DNA of 63,546 nucleotides, counting the filler. It is 6 parts of 6 records of this genome, joined end to end, with 100 filler letters (N's around TTAATTAATTAA, not from the genome) between each part and the next. Parts side by side here need not be neighbours in the genome. Positions count along the whole stretch, not along the records: positions 58,049 to 63,546 come from DRR723986_46391; 5 more parts are not named here. One strand, written 5' to 3'. Below are positions 58,561 to 63,546 of the stretch, in pieces; within the stretch, counting starts at the first letter, position 1; every line of letters starts with the position of its first letter. The translations under genes were made by a program, and so were the position numbers. The notes under the pieces are model-generated. The model ran no database searches, was not told where the DNA came from, and was given only the letters and a program-made list of their open reading frames with translations.

Positions 58561-60669
58561 ATGGCCTTTGAACTGGACCTGGATGCCTCGCGTGGCATAT
58601 TTTTCACCGAGGCGCGCCAACTGCTCGCGGAGGTGGAAAGCTATGTGCTGCAGCTTGAGCAAAATCCCAACGACACTGAAGTGCTCAATGCGGCCTTTCG
58701 CGCGGCGCACACCATCAAAGGCAGCGCGGGGGTTTTTGGCCTGCTGGTGATTACGCACTTTGTGCATGACCTTGAAACCGTTCTGGATCGCGTGCGCAAT
58801 TCAGAAATCGGGTTTGACGCGAACATGAGCACCTTGGTGCTGGAATGCCGCGACCACATTTCCGAATTGGTGGATTGTATAGAGGCAGGCGGCAATGCTG
58901 AGCAGGTCAGTCCTGACATGGCGTCAGCACAGGCGGGTTTGACCGCCCGTTTAAAAGCGTATTTGTTGCACGAAGAACAACCTTCAGGCAGCAAGCCAGT
59001 AAAAATGGTTGAAACAGGCAACTTTCAACAAACCTGGCACGTGTCGGTTCGGCTGGGGCGAAGCACTTTGTGCGATGGATTTGACCCGGCGCCCATTTTT
59101 TCATACATGGAAAGCTACGGCGAGTTGCAAGCTGTCGTGCCCGTGCTGGATGCATTGCCCAGCTTCGCTGATCTGGATGCGGAGTCGTGTTACCTGGGGT
59201 TCGAACTGCGTTTTGTTACGGACAAAGGGCAGGCCGGAATTGAAGATGCATTTGAATTTCTGACTGAAGAAAGCAAGGTCAGAATTCTGTCCCATCACTG
59301 CACACCAACACAGTGGGACGAGTTGGTGAATTCGTTGCCCGAGGGGGCAGTGCGCGCCACGGAACTGTTGCAGGAAGCGGGTTTCTTCAGGCCACAAGAA
59401 GAAGTGTCGCCAGAGGTGATTGACGCTGCAGGCAGTGCAGTTGCAGCGGCCTCGGTAAAGTCCAAGGCAACGGGCAAGTCCACTCCCACCAGTTCATTTA
59501 TTCGTGTGCCTTCCGACAAGCTGGATGCGCTGATCAATCTGGTCGGTGAACTAGTGATTGCCAATGCCGGCACGGTGGAACAAGCCAAACATTTGAATCA
59601 CACGGCCATGCTGGAATCAACCAGTGCTGTTGCTGGCCTGATTGAAGAAATTCGGGACGGTGCCCTGGGCCTTCGCATGGTTCAAATTGGTGAAACCTTC
59701 CAGCGCTTTCAGCGCGTGGTTCGCGACACCGCCATGGGCTTGGGCAAGCAAATTCAACTTGAGATTTCCGGTGAAGACACGGAGCTGGACAAGTCAGTGG
59801 TGGAAAAAATTGGCGACCCATTGATGCATCTGGTGCGCAATGCGCTGGACCATGGTCTGGAAACGCCCGAAGAGCGGGTTGCCGCTGGAAAACCTGCCAC
59901 GGGTCGACTGCAACTCAACGCCTACCACGACAGTGGTCACATTGTGATTGAAGTCAATGACGATGGTCGTGGTTTGGCTCGCGAGAAAATTCTGAAGAAA
60001 GCGATTGAGAAAGGCATTGTCACGCCAGACCAAACGCTCAGCGATGCTGAAGTCAACATGCTGATTTTTGCGCCAGGTTTTTCCACTGCTGACAAGGTCA
60101 CTGACATTTCCGGTCGCGGAGTGGGTATGGATGTGGTGAAGCGAAACATCGAGGCCCTGCGAGGCTCGGTGCAAGTTCGTTCAAGAACGGGGCAAGGTTG
60201 CACCTTCGAGATTCGCCTGCCGCTGACATTGGCCATTATCGACGGTTTCATGATTGGCGTGGGCGGATCCGTCTATGTGATTCCGCTGTCGTATGTGCGT
60301 GAATGCCTGGAGTTGCCAGTGGATGCCTTGGGCACCGATGATCGCATGGACATTCACTACGACCTTCGCGGGGAGTTTTTACCCGCTGTTCGTTTGCGCA
60401 AAGTATTTCATCCCGATGCCAAGCGCCCCAAGCGCGAGAACATCATTGTGGTCAGCTTTGGCGGCATGAAAGCCGGCATTGTGGCCGACCAACTCCACGG
60501 CGAATCACAAACAGTGATTAAACCGCTGGGTAATTTGTTTGAACAGAACAGGGCAATCAGCGGAGCCACCATCATGGGCAACGGCGATGTGGCCTTGATC
60601 ATTGATGTACCGAAATTGATTACAGAAGTCAGCAGTATTTCAGCAAGCCTTGAGCAAGCCAACGCGTAA
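58561..60669 (+). CDS. cheA: Chemotaxis histidine kinase CheA
   Basis: Hpt [45 protein letters not shown] and [11 protein letters not shown]-terminal CheW-like domain. Confidence 0.96.
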   Translation: MAFELDLDASRGIFFTEARQLLAEVESYVLQLEQNPNDTEVLNAAFRAAHTIKGSAGVFGLLVITHFVHDLETVLDRVRNSEIGFDANMSTLVLECRDHISELVDCIEAGGNAEQVSPDMASAQAGLTARLKAYLLHEEQPSGSKPVKMVETGNFQQTWHVSVRLGRSTLCDGFDPAPIFSYMESYGELQAVVPVLDALPSFADLDAESCYLGFELRFVTDKGQAGIEDAFEFLTEESKVRILSHHCTPTQWDELVNSLPEGAVRATELLQEAGFFRPQEEVSPEVIDAAGSAVAAASVKSKATGKSTPTSSFIRVPSDKLDALINLVGELVIANAGTVEQAKHLNHTAMLESTSAVAGLIEEIRDGALGLRMVQIGETFQRFQRVVRDTAMGLGKQIQLEISGEDTELDKSVVEKIGDPLMHLVRNALDHGLETPEERVAAGKPATGRLQLNAYHDSGHIVIEVNDDGRGLAREKILKKAIEKGIVTPDQTLSDAEVNMLIFAPGFSTADKVTDISGRGVGMDVVKRNIEALRGSVQVRSRTGQGCTFEIRLPLTLAIIDGFMIGVGGSVYVIPLSYVRECLELPVDALGTDDRMDIHYDLRGEFLPAVRLRKVFHPDAKRPKRENIIVVSFGGMKAGIVADQLHGESQTVIKPLGNLFEQNRAISGATIMGNGDVALIIDVPKLITEVSSISASLEQANA

Positions 60670-60689
60670 TTTTACAAAGGAAGACGAAC

Positions 60690-62888
60690 ATGGGTGCATT
60701 TGATTTTTTAAAGAGCGGTCAGTTGGCTGCAGTTGCTGATAGTCTGGAGGTAGAAATTTCAGGCTTGAAAACCAACCTTGAGAAGCCCTTGCAGGCTTTG
60801 CCAACCAAAGACCTGAGCGGTGATGTGTTGTCTGTCGTCACCAAAATCAACGAGATGATTGCGAGCGTGAATGACCGCGCCCGCAAGGTGGAAGAAACGG
60901 CGGTGCGCAGTGTTCACCAGTTGTGGAAAAAGGAAATGCTCAAGGGCGCAGCCGATGAATTGCCCTCAGCCATTCGTGATGCCATGAAAAAGCTGGAAGC
61001 GGAAACCATGTTCGCGCAACGCCAGGTGCAAGCGCTGGAAAGTGTCGCCACCAACGTGATGATTGCTGACGCTGACTACAACATTGTGTACGTGAACAAC
61101 TCACTGTCAAAAATGTTGGTGGAAGCGGAGAGCGACATCAAGAAAGACTTGCCGCAGTTTGATGCCCGCAAAATTCTCGGTGCCAATATTGACAGCTTCC
61201 ACAAAGTACCTAGCCACCAGCGTGGTATGTTGGCGCGCTTGCGCGACTCCTACAGTACCAACCTGACCATTGGTGAGCGTCATTTCAACCTGTTGGTGAC
61301 ACCTGTGTTCGATGCGTCCGGTACCCGCGTGGGCACTGTGGTGGAATGGAAGGACCGCACTGCTGAAGTGGCTATGGCCAAACGTGAAGAAGAACGTGCA
61401 GAACTGGAGCGCAAAACAGCGCTGGAAAACCTGGCCATTCGCATTGCGCTTGACTCAGTGACCACCAACGTGATGATCGCAAACAATCAGGGTCACATCA
61501 CTTACTTGAACAATTCACTGAACACCATGATGACGCGCAATGAGGACATGATTCGCAAGAGTCTGCCCAATTTCAACGTGCGCAAGCTGATTGGTGCCAA
61601 CATTGATATTTTCCACAAGAACCCGGCTCACCAGCGTGGCATGTTGGCAGCTTTGAATTCCCCCCTGAAAACCGGTATCAAAGTGGGTGAGCTCAGCTTC
61701 CGCTTGATTGCATCGCCAGTGGTCAACGAGGAAGGCGAGCGTTTGGGAACGGTGGTGGAGTGGAGTGACCGCACTGCTGAAGTGGCCATCGAGAATGAAA
61801 TTTCCGGCATCGTGGGTCGAGCATCGGATGGCGATTTCAGCGATCGCATTCGCGAGGACGACAAGGAAGGTTTCCTGAAAACACTGGCACAAAACGTCAA
61901 CGGTCTGTTGAACACTACCTCGGTGGGTCTGGAAGACGTGGGCCGCGTGTTGAAGTTGCTGGCCAACGGCAATATGACCCAGAAGATCACAGCCAACTAC
62001 AAGGGCCTGTTTGGTGAAGTGAAAGACGATGTGAACACCACGATTGATCGACTGAGCGACGTGATTCAGGAAGTGCGTGGCAATGCCGACTCACTGACCA
62101 ACGCGGCACGTGAAATCTCCAAGACCTCACAAAGTTTGTCGCAAGGCGCAAGCAGCCAGGCAGCAGGCGTGGAAGAAGTGTCAGCCAGTATTGAAGAAAT
62201 GGCAGGCTCAATCAAGCAGAACAGCGAGAACAGCCGCGTGACAGATCAAATTGCAACCAAGGCGGCTGAAGAGGCCAAAGAGGGTGGCCGAGCTGTGACT
62301 GAAACTGTGAATGCCATGAAAGCAATTGCTGACAAAATCGGCATCGTGGACGACATCGCTTACCAAACCAACCTGCTTGCCCTGAACGCTGCCATTGAAG
62401 CGGCTCGAGCTGGTGAGCACGGCAAAGGTTTCGCGGTGGTTGCGGCTGAAGTACGCAAGCTGGCCGAGCGCAGCCAGGTGGCTGCACAGGAAATTGGTGA
62501 CCTGGCCAGCAGCAGTGTGAAACAGGCCGAACGTGCGGGCAGCTTGCTGCAGGAAATGGTGCCAGCGATTAACCGCACGTCGGATCTGGTTCAGGAAATT
62601 ACTGCAGCGTCGAACGAGCAAACCAACGGTGTGGCGCAAATTAACCAGGCCATGATGAGCTTGAACCAGCAAACCCAACAGAACGCAGCGGCTTCTGAAG
62701 AGTTGGCTGCAACCGCTGAGGAAATGAGCGGCCAGGCCAGCATGCTGAACAACGCCATGGCGTTCTTTGATACAGGTTCTGGCCGAGCCAGCACGCGGGC
62801 ATCCAGCCATGCCGAGCGCAAACCAGCACCTGGCAAAGCCAGCAGCCATGGCGGTGCAGATGGTTTTGACAGTTTTGACGACTTTTAA
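60690..62888 (+). CDS. Cytoplasmic Aer2-like methyl-accepting chemotaxis protein with two PAS-heme domains
   Basis: No TM segment; two repeats TNVMIA...IDxFHKxPxHQR...GTVVEW; HAMPs; [41 protein letters not shown]-terminal SFDDF. Confidence 0.9.
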   Translation: MGAFDFLKSGQLAAVADSLEVEISGLKTNLEKPLQALPTKDLSGDVLSVVTKINEMIASVNDRARKVEETAVRSVHQLWKKEMLKGAADELPSAIRDAMKKLEAETMFAQRQVQALESVATNVMIADADYNIVYVNNSLSKMLVEAESDIKKDLPQFDARKILGANIDSFHKVPSHQRGMLARLRDSYSTNLTIGERHFNLLVTPVFDASGTRVGTVVEWKDRTAEVAMAKREEERAELERKTALENLAIRIALDSVTTNVMIANNQGHITYLNNSLNTMMTRNEDMIRKSLPNFNVRKLIGANIDIFHKNPAHQRGMLAALNSPLKTGIKVGELSFRLIASPVVNEEGERLGTVVEWSDRTAEVAIENEISGIVGRASDGDFSDRIREDDKEGFLKTLAQNVNGLLNTTSVGLEDVGRVLKLLANGNMTQKITANYKGLFGEVKDDVNTTIDRLSDVIQEVRGNADSLTNAAREISKTSQSLSQGASSQAAGVEEVSASIEEMAGSIKQNSENSRVTDQIATKAAEEAKEGGRAVTETVNAMKAIADKIGIVDDIAYQTNLLALNAAIEAARAGEHGKGFAVVAAEVRKLAERSQVAAQEIGDLASSSVKQAERAGSLLQEMVPAINRTSDLVQEITAASNEQTNGVAQINQAMMSLNQQTQQNAAASEELAATAEEMSGQASMLNNAMAFFDTGSGRASTRASSHAERKPAPGKASSHGGADGFDSFDDF

Positions 62889-62902
62889 TAGGGGCACTCA
62901 CC

Positions 62903-63427
62903 ATGAGCAATGTCAATGAACAATTGGCCAATGCCTTGGAGAGTGACAGCGCCAGTCACCAGTACCTGACTTTTCAGGTACATGGACAAAAACTGGCGGT
63001 GGAAATTCTCCGGATCAAAGAGATCATCGAGTTTGGCCGAATTACTGTAGTGCCCATGATGCAGCAGTGCATCAGTGGTGTGATCAACCTGCGCGGCTCT
63101 GTGGTGCCTGTGGTGGATTTGAGTGCCCGGTTTGGGCAAGGCAAAACCACCATCAACCGCCGCACTTGCATTGTGATTCTTGAATCGCAAATGGCCGATG
63201 AAACACAAGTGGTTGGCTTCATGGTGGACGCGGTGAATGCCGTGGTCGACATTGATGCCGAGTGTATTGCGCCGCCACCGCAGTTTGGTGCCGGTGTAAA
63301 AACCGACTTCTTGCGCGGTATTGGCAAGGTAGACGACGAGTTCGTGCTCGTGTTGAACGTAGAACGCCTGTTGGACTTCGATATTCCCACCGACCTTGAA
63401 GAGGCTGCCGCTGCGGCAGTGGCCTGA
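62903..63427 (+). CDS. cheW: Chemotaxis coupling protein CheW
   Basis: QYLTF, IKEIIE, GVINLRGSVVPVVDL, VGFMVDAV and FLRGIGK. Confidence 0.95.
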   Translation: MSNVNEQLANALESDSASHQYLTFQVHGQKLAVEILRIKEIIEFGRITVVPMMQQCISGVINLRGSVVPVVDLSARFGQGKTTINRRTCIVILESQMADETQVVGFMVDAVNAVVDIDAECIAPPPQFGAGVKTDFLRGIGKVDDEFVLVLNVERLLDFDIPTDLEEAAAAAVA

Positions 63428-63482
63428 TTAACTTCTTGGAACTGAAGGCCTTGATGCGTCACTGAGATCATGGGTTTACACA

Positions 63483-63510
63483 CCCACCGGAGGGATGTTC
63501 CCCCGGTGGG
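63483..63510. other. GC-rich intercistronic hairpin without a U tract
   Basis: CCCACCGG-A-GGGA-TGT-TCCC-CCGGTGGG. Confidence 0.55.
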
Positions 63511-63546
63511 GCACCATGAGATATCTCAATCGCATGTTCAAACTTA

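Noticed and set aside
61020..61790. Nucleotide-level direct repeats (e.g. ACCAACGTGATGAT, CACCAGCGTGG, GACCGCACTGCTGAAGTGGC)
   Set aside because: Explained by the tandem PAS domain duplication within the chemoreceptor, not an independent repeat element.

Overview
This window is not one locus. It is six unrelated contig fragments joined by 100-nt artificial linkers (N44-TTAATTAATTAA-N44). Taxonomy below is inferred from gene content and composition only. (1) 1-5747, Rhodobacteraceae-like: a secreted hypothetical gene, a membrane-anchored TAXI-like protein, DUF302, an FMN glutamate-synthase-family protein and msrPQ. (2) 5848-12278, Planctomycete-like: a DUF1592/cytochrome c + DUF1552 pair, DUF1844 and an AlgI-type MBOAT. 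(3) 12379-34189, AT-rich Flavobacteriales-like: fbp, an M48 peptidase/OMP/twin beta-propeller lipoprotein operon, mfd, a T9SS esterase, terC, tfoX, dps, a histidine kinase, gldD/gldE, ssb, mutY, HU, an uncalled 30-aa bS22, rng and recX. (4) 34290-49502, Algoriphagus/Cyclobacteriaceae-like: fabF, rnc, nadE, lgt, yidD, an Omp85-family protein, a PorV/PorQ-like barrel + ComEA-HhH barrel pair, a zincin, a stand-alone ASK1-like (DRHyd/DUF4071-TPR) protein and an M3 peptidase. (5) 49603-57948, Roseibium/Stappiaceae-like: clpB 3' end, a DUF2892-MFP-RND operon, an M23 peptidase and an rRNA operon promoter/leader. (6) 58049-63546, betaproteobacterial (Limnobacter-like): cheY-STAS-cheA-Aer2-like MCP-cheW. 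Most content is housekeeping. The best candidates for undescribed systems are the solitary ASK1-like nucleotide-hydrolase-fold/TPR protein (45881-47257), the four-gene M48/OMP/propeller-lipoprotein operon (15062-20153), the barrel + HhH-barrel pair (40352-43272) and a duplicated ~48-bp regulatory module at 454-577. No CRISPR array, tRNA, transposase or integrase was recognised.
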